Of a DNA stretch of 64,000 nucleotides, positions 15,207 through 27,821 are shown one piece after another. The notes below the pieces were generated by a model that saw only the letters and a program-made list of their open reading frames with translations, had not been told where the DNA came from and ran no database searches. This DNA comes from Camelus dromedarius (lineage: Eukaryota). A program made the position numbers and the translations under genes. Each line of letters opens with the position of its first letter. Position 1 is the stretch's first letter. The stretch lies in the NCBI RefSeq assembly GCF_036321535.1, contig NC_087438.1, forward strand, positions 4,466,001-4,530,000. The letters are read 5' to 3'.

Positions 15207-18200
15207 TCACATCTTTTTGCTTATACAAGTCATAAACCAAGTGAGACACTCAAGTGTGTCCTGCCCACTGCCCCCTCAGCCCTCCCGAGCAGCCAGCAGC
15301 ACTGCGTGATGTCACTGGGGCACAGGAGCAGGGTTCCGACTGTATCACGTATCTGCTGGGGGGTGGGGAGGGCAGAAACAGAGCCTGGGGGGTTATATGA
15401 GACATAAACACATGATATGACTGAGAAATTATAGTAATAAACGTTCAAGATCAGATGAAAAAGTGGAGACACCTCTGCTCTCCACTGTGGTAAGCTACCA
15501 GCATAGAGGTCAACAGGAGACATCAGATGACGAATTAAAGTGCAGATCACACAGAATCAAAGCAGTGCCATAGGGCAGGTGTCAGAATGTCTGACAAACA
15601 CCTGCCTGCAATCTCTGTTACTACATTTTTCACTATTTCCAAAGCAAACCAGTCCAGCCACGTATTGAAACATTTTACACACCAAAAAACCCTGCAAATC
15701 ATCAATGTACTAACTTGAGCTCCAAGGTTGCTGTTTATACACAAAGCATCTCCTGTCATTTCTGTGACTTTATCTGAACTTTATAAATGATGACGTCACT
15801 GATTAGGAAATGTGTGCTTGCACCTGTCCTCTGGGCTCCACCTGCACATGCAGCATACTGACAGGACACACGGGCCCACGCCGAGCATCCCATGGCACTC
15901 GGTGACAAATCTCACTGCCCCTATTGTTAAGCCTGAGATTTGACGGTGAGCTCAATTTAACAATGCAAGGTCACCATGTTTCCACGTGCTAAGGGGACAT
16001 CCATAAAAATGAAACCAGAACGTTTGAAAAATACACATCTGACTGCTCTGAAAGTTTGAGTGACTGACAGAAACAAACTCAGGTTTAAGATGTGAAGACA
16101 TGCTCGACTGTCATGATGTTACAAGATACATCTGAAAAGTGCTTTCTACCAAATAATGATGGTTAAACTGGCTGAATCTGCTAACGGCTACCCTCCAACT
16201 GTCCCAGAGCTTTTAACTGGTTCCCTCTTCAATATTTAACCTGTTTCAAAATTACAAAATCAAAATGCAATCACAGTTATCAGGCAATTAAAGAGTGTCA
16301 CTTTAAATACTCGCTTTGGCCTCACTAAAGGTGAATGGCTCCAGCTGCAGGGCTGCGAGGAGCCCGGCGTCCAGATGCAACCTTTGCTGACAAACACCTG
16401 CTTTTATCTGATACCTGGCAACCTTGGACTGTCTGTGACCAAAGACAGCACACATGGGGTCACTACCTTCCCAAACCAGCACAACACCTTAATTTGAATG
16501 TCACCTATGATTATTTACTGCACCTCCCTCGATTTTCATTTTCAAATACAGACAGCAGTCTAAGATATAACTTGAGCCAACAGTTCCATAGATGCCTTAC
16601 AGGTTGAATTTCTAGGAGCTAAAATGTAAACTTTCTATTATAAGATTAAAATTCTATTGTAAGTTGTTATGATTGTGAAAGCTGTTAATCTTTTGAAAAA
16701 ATATCTGAGAACTTTCAAACAGTTAAATACAAATACAGACTGATAGGTAAAATAGAAAAGTGTATTTCTTATGTAGCTTTACGAGTAAGTTTTGAGCTAA
16801 CAAATGTTTAATAAAATCTCTGCAGGTTTAAACATCAAATAATCTTTAAAAAACTATGTTTATAGTTACATAATTCAAATTTAGCTCTTGAGCTTTAAAA
16901 TCCTATTTGGAAACTTGTCATGTCTTTCAAGAATAAATTAAAAGCACCACTGTCACCTTTAAACCTCAAAAATTATGGGAAAAAAGTCTTTCTAAGTATA
17001 TACAGCATCTATGACAAACCATCTTCAATCCGAAAATTAAAAAGAACTTAAACAGAACGACAGTAAGGTTATGTTCTCAACAACTGATTGTCAAAACAAG
17101 GCCTTTAAAACATGCTTTAGGGTAGTTTTCTTACAGATCCTAGTCTATTGAAAGTAAGAAAAAAAACGAAATCTTCCCAAGTTATGAGTCCTATACGTAA
17201 CATTCCTTCTAGAAAACATGGTTCCCAAAAAATATTTCTCCTGTATTATATTCTGCTAGGTATCAAAAGTTTAAAAGAATATTATGTGACCTAGTTCTGT
17301 TTTGAACAATACAGAAAACCACTATAGGTCTTCAGTTTCTGCTTTACTTGCTCACTGATTTATGGGTAGCCTACACTTGACTAGTGAATTTGACTGAATA
17401 AATGTTTATAGAATAAAACCATCACATGATTGTCACAGATAATGGGAACAGGTGAGTATTAGGGACCCAAATCATACAATCTGTTGCTTCCACACTTCAG
17501 CTGTGTGTTCAGAAAATTAAAGCAACAGTAACGTGCAGAGAATGACCGGCCACTGGAGAGATTCACCGGCAGTCTTCAACCACGAACACCCGCAGGGCCT
17601 TTCCAAGAGGTCCGGGAGTTGACCTGTTCTGTACCCAGACCCAAAGTTCACTCAAGAGGGAAAAATAGCTGTAAAATGAGATGAATAAACCAAAGTTTAA
17701 CTGTAATTTGAAGAACAATAAAAACAGTGAGACCAATATCCAAATTTGTTGGAAACCCACAAAAGAAAATTCCACAGGGACGCTCCCAGAGAGGCACCTC
17801 CTTCCCACAGGAGGCATGTTTCCAGCTCCTCCCCCTGCTCAGATGCAGAGGATGGTCAGAGACTCCCCTCACTGGAAAAGCCATCCTTCCGGACCCAAGG
17901 TCTAAGGAATAAATGTTCTCAGGTGACAGTGTGAGGCGGCAAACAGAGGCAAGAGTATTAGAAATGGAAATGTGCACCAAGACAGCCTCAAACCTACTTC
18001 TGAAAATATCAGACGATCACTACTTCAAGTGCCAGCACCACCAATCAAATCTCCAAAACATGGCCTGGGAGAGGTGCTCAGCCTATAACCCGGTTACCCT
18101 GGGGGGAAGCGGCTCACCACGTGAGGGCTGCCTCACCTGGCACGGCTGCAAGCACAGCAGCTGGAAAGGTCTCTTCCTTCCCCCCGGTCTCAGCACAGCG

Positions 18201-19857
18201 GACACGCGGCGCGTGGCCACCAGGAGCCGCCTAGCACCTCAGTCATTTTCCTGCGCTCTAACGATTAAGCTTTTAAAACCTAGCTAAAATGTTTGACCAA
18301 AAAAAAAAAAAAAACCATCATGAAATTTTTCGGCTCAGTACTGCAGACTTATTCCTTCTCCAGAAATGCATTCTACAATGGGACATCTGGCCTTTGAGCA
18401 TTCATTCAAAACGTGTATGCTATACACATCTGATACGGACACTGCAATTCAAATAGCCAACAAAAGAATGAAAAGCAAGCAAAGCTATAACCCACATTAA
18501 TGAGAACCTGACCTTGGTCTATGATCACTAACGGGTATCCAAAGAGGACACACAGCATCAAACACTTGAATAGTCAAAACCTCCAAAGCTGCCAGGAAAT
18601 GCTGGTTAAATCCACCTTTTACAGCAATCACTTGAAATACTTTGTTGTTGTTTTGTGAGGACTCTCAATACCTCGAAGTTGATATACCGAAATGTGGAAC
18701 TAAAACAATTTACTTTAATGACTTCTCTATTTATAAATTAACCCAGGGCTTGACATGTCTTTGGTTTGTGCTTGACTATGCCAAGCCTTTTACAAGACAG
18801 AAGAGGCTGCCTTCACACAACTGAGACCTGAATCGGACCATGAAAAACAAGCAACCCACGGGACACTTACTGGACAGTAAAAAAAAGGGGGGTTAGCCGG
18901 GAGGGCAGGAGTATGCCCGGGCCCTGGGGACAGTAGACAGAATTGGCTGAAGCAGCCCTGGTGACTCTTTGCCAGGTTAAGGGCTGCGAACTGATTTTTA
19001 ATCAAGCGATTCCTACTCATCTCAAATGACTTTAGGCTACGTTAAGTAGTTCGAAATGGAGCGGCCGAAGTTCGTGAACCGCCGTGATGACCGTTTGGAA
19101 CAGAAGGGGCAACTGATAGAAAAAAGACCCCCGGGTGTAACCAATTACACTCACTGATGGACTCTAAGACACTGAGGCAAGGCTTGAAGGCTCAGTCACA
19201 AGACCTGATCCTGGGAGGCCAAGGAGCTGCTCCAGATAGACAGATGTTGCTGGAGGCACTGTTGGAGCAGGCTTCCCACTCACAACTGCCTCCAGACCCA
19301 GTACAGGACAGGGGATCAGCACTTATGCCAAGACGTCTCCTTCCCAGATGCCTCTTCAGAATGGCTCGTCACTTCCTTTCCTTTTCCTATTTCTGGGACT
19401 AACCTCTGCTGTATTGGGTGGGGGCGTGCAATAAACCAAGTGATTCGTAAATTCAATGCTGGCTGCACTCTGTTTCCCACCCCAGGACCCTTACGGCCTT
19501 ACTGCCAGGCCCTGCAACAAAACATTAAATCTCCAGCAGTTCCGATGTGAAGACACGGGGTTTAAATGGAAATGGTGGAAATGGTAACATCCAGGAAGGA
19601 AAGAGGCTGGATTGACTTGGAAAAATTAACTGAACCCAAGACTTTACATAGAGTGCTGCAAATCACATATGAAAACTTGCACCCCAGAGTGAAGTAACAG
19701 CAATAAAAATCACTGGGAAAAAAGAACAAGAGAATGTCTGGAAAGTATATTTAGGTCCTTTCATGTCAATGTTAAACACATTACCAAGAAATATATTCAA
19801 GTGCCAAAATTAAAATCCCACAGAAATATCGAGAAGGATGAAGCCTTGTTATACTCA

Positions 19858-19989
<132 letters not shown>

Positions 19990-20485
19990 TCAACCTGAAA
20001 AGCTAATTTAATATTTTATTTTTTTGTAAATTTAAATTTTTAAGCATTTTAAAACTAAAACCATCTCTGTGTGCAGAGAAAACATTCTTCAATCTCTGCT
20101 CTTCTACTCTATTCGCTCACAGCTTAAACAACCTTCCTTTTTCGATCACTAAAAGGTGATAAGCTAAATACTGTCCTACTGCATTTCTTCCCTCCTGACC
20201 ATTCCAAGCGTCATTTTTACTTGCAGGTCATTTTTAGAAGACATAACTGAAAGCATACACTGTAACTTACACATTCAAGACCCAGAAGGCAGAAACAAAG
20301 TGACTAACCAAGACCCCCAAAGCTTGCTCTGCAGAAGCCCAGGGGAACCACAGATGTGGAAACAATATGTTAATGGCCCCTTTGCATTTAAGGGACTGAA
20401 ATAACCCAAAGTAAACTTCACAGATGTCACAGACTGAAAATACACTGCATGTACCAGACAGAACTCTCCATCCCGAATTTGCACA

Positions 20486-20771
20486 TGTAACCCATGAAGA
20501 GACCTGAAGGACAGCCATGCCTGAACAGAGAACTCCTGAAACTTACCCTTACTTCCCACCCATCATTTCAGAGCCCACTCCACCTCTTACTATCTACTTC
20601 CCTGATAAGTACCCCACTCAACAGCTGATGAGAAGACAGATCTGGGCATTGCCTCCTGCCTCCTTGCTTGGTTGCCCTGCAAAAGAAAAGCCTCTTCTCT
20701 TTCTGCAAAACAGTATTGGTATTTGGCCTTTCCCTTGGGAAGCAGACAACAAGCCCACTTGCCCAGTTACA
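20486..20771 (+). mobile_element. Degraded ERV LTR fragment in NSUN2 intron 2
   Basis: U5-like end (...GGTATTTGGCCTTTCC...GCCCAGTTACA) resembling old ERV LTR termini; 5' boundary uncertain, no TSD found. Confidence 0.5.
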
Positions 20772-21124
20772 TGAGTACAAAAACATTTTTAAGGAGAGAA
20801 CACCAGAAGTTTTTAAGCAGGCTTGTAATGTTACAAATTTTCACGTGCTCCAAAGGCTGAGCACCTTCAACTCACAAATCCTCAGGTGTCACCTTTCAGA
20901 TTACATTTTCGTTTCTTATTCTGGCCTCCAAACTTGCAGTACCTCCCTGACCTATTCCGTTGGACCCTGAGCTCCCTCTCAGTGCTTCCAGACTCTAGAA
21001 TCCACACCGCTGACATACAGAGGTTCTCCAGCACTGTAACACTTCTTGGGGAAAACATTCTCGTTTTTAACCATGCGCATCCTAACCCCAACTTTAGAGT
21101 TAACACTCAAGGCACGGCCCCCTA

Positions 21125-21307
<183 letters not shown>

Positions 21308-21389
21308 TCAGACGCTGGAGCCGCGCCGTAGGCCTCGGGGTCGGGGAGGCCCACGCAGCGCCCTGGCCCGCCCTCACCCTGGCCCCTAC

Positions 21390-21494
21390 CGCGTCATTGC
21401 GCTTCCCGCCGCCCTCGGCGCTGTCCTCCGCACCCCCGGGCCGCTGCTGCTGCTGCTGCTGCTGGAGCCGCCGGCCCCGCGACCGCCGCCCCAT
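21390..21494 (-). CDS. NSUN2: NSUN2 (RNA m5C methyltransferase) coding exon 1
   Basis: ATG at 21494 reads MGRRSRGRRLQQQQQQQRPGGAEDSAEGGGKRNDA, the NSUN2 N-terminus; followed by donor GTAGGG; 105 nt. Confidence 0.95.
21444..21464 (-). repeat. (CAG)7 coding poly-Q in NSUN2 exon 1
   Basis: Seven perfect CTG units on the + strand. Confidence 0.95.
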
Positions 21495-22107
21495 GGCCCA
21501 CGCGGCCGCGCACGCCGCCCGCACACACCGACCCGCCACCGTCGGCCGCGCGAGCACTTCCGGGCTGCAGCTTGAGGACCCCGCGGGTCTGCGCCTGCGC
21601 CTCACTCGGATCCGCAGTAACCTTCAAGAAACAAGCCGAAAGCCCCGCGACCCGTGCTCCCGGAAAGAAACCAGCGAGAGGAACCGCTGACAGCCGTGAG
21701 TGGGAAAGGGGCTCCAGAGAGCAGGCCGAAAGGCGCCTGCACGCCGAGCGCCCGGGTTTCCCGCGCGGGCTCAGGCAGCTGTGCGGACAGCTCGAAGTCG
21801 CGCGTGCGCTCTGCGGCGAAGGGCGGGGCGGTGGGTGGGTGGGGCGGTGCGGCCCCGGAGCGGGCGGGACTCCAGTCGCGTGGGAGGGCGGGGCCGTCTG
21901 CAGGCCCTCCCGCGCCCCGCCCCCGGGGCCGCGGCGCGCAGCCGGACTGGTCCAACGGGTCGCATCCGCGCACCCGGTTTCCATACCCCGGCTTTCGCAG
22001 CGGGCACCGACCTCGTATAACCGCGCCTCCCGCCCCCTCGCCGCCTGTGCCCTATATGTGGCCCGCCGCGGCTGGCAGGACATGGAGCTCGCCTGCCGTC
22101 CCCCGCC

Positions 22108-22388
22108 ATGGCTCTGGCCGAACAGTTCCTGCTGGACGCGCTCGCCTACCTGGAGTGCGCCCTGGGCTTCGTGAGCTACGTGCTGCTCAGGGTGGTGGGC
22201 TCGCCCTACGGGCGCTACGCGTCGCCGCACTCCGCCTTTCCGGTGCCGGCGCGGGCCGCCTGGGTCCTGCAGGAGCTGCCCTCGCTGGCGCTGCCGCTCC
22301 TCGCGTGCGCCGGCGCGCGGGCCGAGCGCCTTAACCGTTGGCCCAACTGCATCCTCCTGGGTATGTTCCTCATCCACTACGCGCAAAG
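22108..22388 (+). CDS. SRD5A1: SRD5A1 (steroid 5-alpha-reductase 1) coding exon 1
   Basis: ccgccATGG Kozak context; MALAEQFLLDALAYLECALG...PYGRY...AWVLQELPSLALP...PNCILLGMFLIHYAQ; GTAAGG donor; 281 nt. Confidence 0.96.
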
Positions 22389-25300
22389 GTAAGGACCGGT
22401 TGCCCCGCGCCTCTCCCTGCCCCACCTGGTTCCCTGCCCTCTGCCTGTGCACCAGGGCCTGGCGCCCTCTCCTTGCGCCCGTGTTCCCTCTCGCAGGATC
22501 CCTTCTTACTTCTCTACAGTTTAAACTTTGGTCTCTTTGTTGTGGATGAAGGAGCTGTTTTCGCCCAGCCAGGTGGTCATCTGCAACTTGGAAACCGGTT
22601 TCCTACAACTGCCTGTGATTTCCCCTTTACATGGCACTGACTCTATGGGCTTGAATGGATCACATTCAGAATTTCACCTCCACTTTTGGCAAGGGCCCCA
22701 CAAATGCGGAAGCGGTTTTCCAAGAAATCACCTTAAATACACATAACGTTTTCAAGGTTACTTCCAGATGTTTTGCTTTGGTGAAGAGTGTTAAATGGCA
22801 GTGTCTGAACACCTCGGGCCTTGTAGTGAGATGGGGCTCCCTCCAGCTCTCAGGCTTTGACTTTCACACAGCTAAACCAAGTGGCCCAACGAACGTTTAA
22901 AATCAACACTTAAAATTTTTCATTCAGATTTCCAAAGGCTGCCCAGTTAAAAGGAGTGTTATCTGCCTGTGAGGGAGCTGTGCCGCTCTCTCTGGGCAGG
23001 TTACGTGACCTCTCTGATTTGTGGTCCCACGTTACTACACCCAATTCATAGAGGAGTAGAAGTCGGTGAGTGTCTCTAAACCGCTCTCGAGTTTCTGGTG
23101 CAGCATGTGTCCTCGTCTGCTTTTATTGAAATGGGCAGAGCCCACGTTCCACAAAGGCTCACTGAGCCCGTGCTCCTGACACTCCCAGATTTGTCCAATA
23201 AGCAAAGTTGTTGCCAGGCTGCTAGATGTTTTGTAATGTGATTGAGTGTCAGGAGAATTCTTGTATCTGTATACATTTCTCCAGAAACATGCCAGAACCT
23301 GTGCCTCTCTGTTTCTGTAAAGGCTGAGCGCAAGCTCTGGAGACAGACTGCTTGGTATTACCCAAGCCCATCCCTGGTGAGGTGCCGTGGGATGAGTCAC
23401 TGAGCTGCCTGCAACAGGCCTCCCCATCAGTGAACAGACACAGCGAAGGCACCAGCCTGCGGGATCGGCATGTGTGTTAAATAAAGACAATTCCATGAAA
23501 TGCCTGTGTGGTTCTGACACAGCTGAGGGCTCAGTGATGACAAATGACACCACTTTCAATTTGCCATGCAAACGGGCACATCCAGGTACATGCTCTGCGT
23601 GACATTCATGCTCACTGCTGCCGGCTTCGAGTGCCAATAAGAAACTTCTGAAGACAAGGCAGTGGGAAGACGTAAAGGGAGCACTTTGCAGAGTTTTGTC
23701 TAAAAGCTGGGAGTTGAAGCTTTTTACCCTGAGATGTATGTGTCGCTGCGTCTCGGATCTCTAGGGGGAGACCGGATGCTGCCTCCCAGAGGGCTGAGTC
23801 ACTTCTAGAGACAGAACGTGAATAGATCGTTTCATACAGAGGAGGCCACTGAGCCACAGAATTCACTTAAGGTTGCTGGACAAGAGGGTGCTCGGACTAA
23901 GTCCCCCAGTTTCTAGACCAGTGGCTTTAAAATTTCTGCTCCCAAGGATTTGTGGGTCAGGTGTAGTTTTTTTTAACTGCTGGGCTCTTTCTTTTTCGAG
24001 TCATACATATTACGGTACACGTGGCCCGTGTGGTTTGGGGACATTCCAGTTTTCCAGATAGAAACGATAAACATCTTCCATTCTACCCAACCAACTAATT
24101 TATTAAACGGTCATTTGACGTAAGTCAGTGAGCACTTGGAAGAGAGCAGAAGTGCAGAGAGCATTCAGCACCTGTTCGAATCCAGCCAGCTGACCCAGGA
24201 GACGTTTATGCAGCCCCCTCCTTGTCCGGGCTCCGCGGACCATTCAAGGCAGGGTGAGAAATGAGGTGTGAGTGCAAGCCCGAGGCAGGCTGGTGGCAGG
24301 AGAAACGCCAACCAGAGGACGCACTCGGGAGACACGGACAAGGCTGAGGGGTAGCAGCTACGGGGCTGGGCAAAGCTGGAGAGGACACAGGAGGGGACAG
24401 GGCCCTGCCTTCGGGGAGTTTTAGCCTCTTGAGGGAGTGATAAGGACCGAGGCCACTTGGAGGGGCTTCCCAGGGTCTGCGGGAAGGGAGTATTTGCCTG
24501 TGTCTTTTTATGTCTTCATTTGGGTCGCATTTCCTAAGGAATGATTCACCTACCTGGTGCTAGACTCGTTATCAGAGCTACAGAGAGACAAGGTATTCCC
24601 TTAAAGAATCAAGACATACAAAGCAGGCTCTGGAGAATCAACAGGATCTTTTGGGCAGAAGAGCCAGGGATGGGCGGGAAAGCCAGCCGAGGAGGGGAAG
24701 AAGGGACAGCTGCGGGACAGACACCAGGGCCCTGACCAGCCCCCCCAAGGATGGTGAAGGACATTTGTAGGAATGTCTTTTAATCCATGGCCAACAGCAT
24801 GGTTGTCCCATGAGCTGCCCCTGCAGTTACAGCGTCCCCTGTGTCCCTTCTGCACAAAGGGCCCCTCCTGTCCATCTCAGGGCTTCCCGAGCCCTGGCGG
24901 CATCTTCTCACAGCGCCCTGGGACTTGTGTGCATAGAGCGGTGTCTGACGGCTTACCTCCTCACCTGAGGCAGGTGCATGCTGGAAATCACAGATTCCTG
25001 CTGTCACCACCACCAGCTCAGGGCTGCTCTGCGTTTGTCAGAGGCCCCGGGCGTGGCTCCCTCCATGGCTGTCTCACCTCATGTTCTGCTGCTCTCTGCC
25101 CTGCCTAGCAGAGTTCTCTACTACCTGAACTCAGGGTCCCCGTGTCACAGGTTTTCCCTTCCCATTCAGCAGTGAGTGAGTGTGTCATTGATTATTTCTT
25201 CATCTGCTTCCCCATTTAACATTAGTTACAAACCCAAGTCCCACTTAAGCATGGAGTCATTTACCACTGGGTGGCCCCAGTGACCTCCTTTATCTTGAGG

Positions 25301-25521
25301 CCATGGAGGAAGGATGCCAGATGCACCTCCGCCTCACCAGAGTGCAGACTTTCCATCACCCATCCCAGAGTCTGTGCTCAGCCAAAGCTGTGGCCTCGTG
25401 GCACGGTGATTCTGCCATCCCTGATGGCACTGCCTCAGAGAGCCTCCCCCACTTCAGATCCATCGTGTCTCCTACAGGGGTCTCTTAATGGTCCTTGGGG
25501 AGAGCTTGGCCCAGCCTCTCT

Positions 25522-25641
25522 CTTAGTTATTTTTAAAAATTTCATCTCATTTTTTCTCCCCTTATTGGAGGCACTGGGGATTGAACCCAGGACCTCCTGC
25601 ACTCCAAACACGTGCTCTACTACTGAGCTATACCTCCCCAC
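25522..25641 (-). mobile_element. tRNA-derived SINE (camelid Vic-1-like) with 12-bp TSD
   Basis: Minus strand GTATAGCTCAGTAGTAGAG (A box)...GGTTCAATCCC (B box), A-rich tail; CCCAGCCTCTCT at 25510-25521 and 25642-25653. Confidence 0.88.
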
Positions 25642-27821
25642 CCCAGCCTCTCTTTTGAATGTGCCATTTGGTGTGTGTAACATTAAGACACAGCAGAGAA
25701 CTGGAGAGGCTGAAGGATACTCCAGAACCTTGGCCCTGGGCTCGTGGATTCAAGTAATTTAAGAAAAGGAAAACTTTTACACAAAGTAAAGCATGGTAAG
25801 TGAAATATTCATGTGTTGGTGAACTTGTCTTGAAAGGGCAGAGTGCTTATTTAAGTGTGCGGCTTTATTGCAATATAATCATCATAGTCAAAAAGTCTCT
25901 TTTTAAAAATTTTTGTACGGTTTTTAGTGAAAGAGACTTTTACAGAAGGACAGACAAGCAAAAGGAACTGATCCAAACCTAAGAAGTGCTGTAGATTTCA
26001 ATAATGTCAAATAGCTGAGAAAAAAAAGTAATAAAGTCAGTTATTAAAAATTAACCACTCTCAATTTTAAACATTTAAAAATAGTACATCTGCCATTGCC
26101 TGAATGACGGCCAAATCACCAGGTTAGCTATTTCGTGTCCCCAGCATGGGTGTGTGACCTCACAGGCCATCCTGGGAGAGGATGCCCAGTTGCTTTGATG
26201 TGGGGAGTCGGAGCTTTTACTGGATGATTGCATTATTTCTCATTGCAAGGAAGCTGGAATGTTATTACTGTTGGGAAAATCTTTTAAGAGATAACTCTTG
26301 TTTACTGTGTGGCTTACGTGGCCATGGAGCTTGTGTCTGGGATTCCAGAAATTGAAACGTTACTTTCAGTGATGAAGGAGGAGTCCTCCAGTGGCTGCCT
26401 GCCTGAGCTGATCACATCTGGCAGATGGGCATGGTGGCTCTTTGCCAGTGACTTGGGTTTCCTGTAGGCATTAAGCCTGCTGGCTCGAATGGTCCGAGAA
26501 ACCACATGGGAATGACACGGGAGGGTGAGAAGCCTGGAGCTCTGGGTGCCACTCTGCAGGCAGAGAGGAGGACATGTGGCTAGCTCTGGGGACTTGTTCT
26601 TCTTGGTTATCCGATTTCCTTCATGGTGCTTACAGGACACTTTCTTTTTTTCTTAAAATTCAGAAAGTGCCCCACAGATACTCTGTGGTTTGCTCATTTG
26701 TTCATTTTGCCTGATTCTCTCTGAGCCTTTCCAATAAGCAACTGCAGGTCTTCGGCCCAAGAAAGCAAATCAAATCAAGCAGACCTCACTCATCGGGTCT
26801 GTTCTGAATGTATTAGGTGTCAAGGCTTAAAATACATGTCAGCATATTGGGTGAGGGCAAGGCAGTGTGTGAGAAGGGCTTCTGAATGTGTGTGCCTGTC
26901 ATGACCAAGCCTGGGCCCGAGCCTGGGTCGTGATGGCAAGGTGTCCATCCAGCAGGTGTGCCCTGGATCCTTCACCCTGATAAACTGCCAGGGTCCACCG
27001 CCATCCTTGAGCTGCTCTTGACCCCCCAGAGTCCATGTGAGAGCTCGGATGAAAGCCATGCCCAGAAGCCCCCCTGCCTGACCCCATGCTGGTTCCTAAT
27101 TGGCCCAAGTCAAAGGAAAATATTTCCGACCACAGCTGCATGGATTTCCAAGAAACAGACGTAAAGCTAAAGGGAATAACCCAAAGGGAGAAAGATAATC
27201 CAAAAGATGCCAAGAACAGAGCACTGCCCTCTGGAAGCCATGTTGCTTCTGGACGTCCGGCTGCAGAGGACCTCGGCCAGCAGGTCCTCAGAGTTAGGGT
27301 GCCTGGTCCCCGAGGGCATGCTCAGCCTCTGGGGAAGGAGAGGACGGGAAGGAAATCTTAGCTCCCTCCTTAAGAGGTGGCCTTGACCGAGACAGCTTGT
27401 TCTCCTCCTGACCTCAGTGGTCTTATGTCCAGGCCTGTAGACATTGGGGCCACAGCTGTCCCTTCCAAGGGCAGAGATCAGAAAACAACAGAATGGACCA
27501 TGTCAGCCTTTCGAAGGCCCTGTTTCCAGCCCTTGCCCTTTCCCTGACATTCACTTAAGACCAAAGAGAGCCCGATCTTCCCTCCACGACGTCTGGGAAC
27601 ATTTTCCCCAGACTCTCCCGGGGCGCGTGCAGGAACTGGAGCAGAAGTCAGTGCGACTGTCCTTCCCATTTGGTAACTGAGGACACAGGTACGCAGTCCC
27701 CGCCACCCACACCACCCACTGGGAGCCCCAGACGGCAGCGGCTGCCCACAGTCCAAGTGCCCAGGCCTCTGAGAAAGTCAAAGTGATGTTTCCAGAATAG
27801 AATTCCTACTTTAACCTAGAC

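Noticed and set aside
15787..15803. Box C/D-like ATGATGA...CTGA, and full CRE sites TGACGTCA (15791, 30958, 37744)
   Set aside because: The C/D spacing is far too short and antisense to the host gene. Isolated 8-mers cannot be separated from chance without conservation data.
21394..22452. Long overlapping ORFs (352, 226, 208 and 200 aa) across the promoter
   Set aside because: Expected from stop-codon scarcity in a CpG island; Arg/Pro/Gly/Ala-rich with no recognisable domain outside the real exons.
25560..25640. tRNA gene candidates (also 48330-48402)
   Set aside because: A and B boxes are present, but the A-rich tails and the TSD at the first copy identify them as SINEs.
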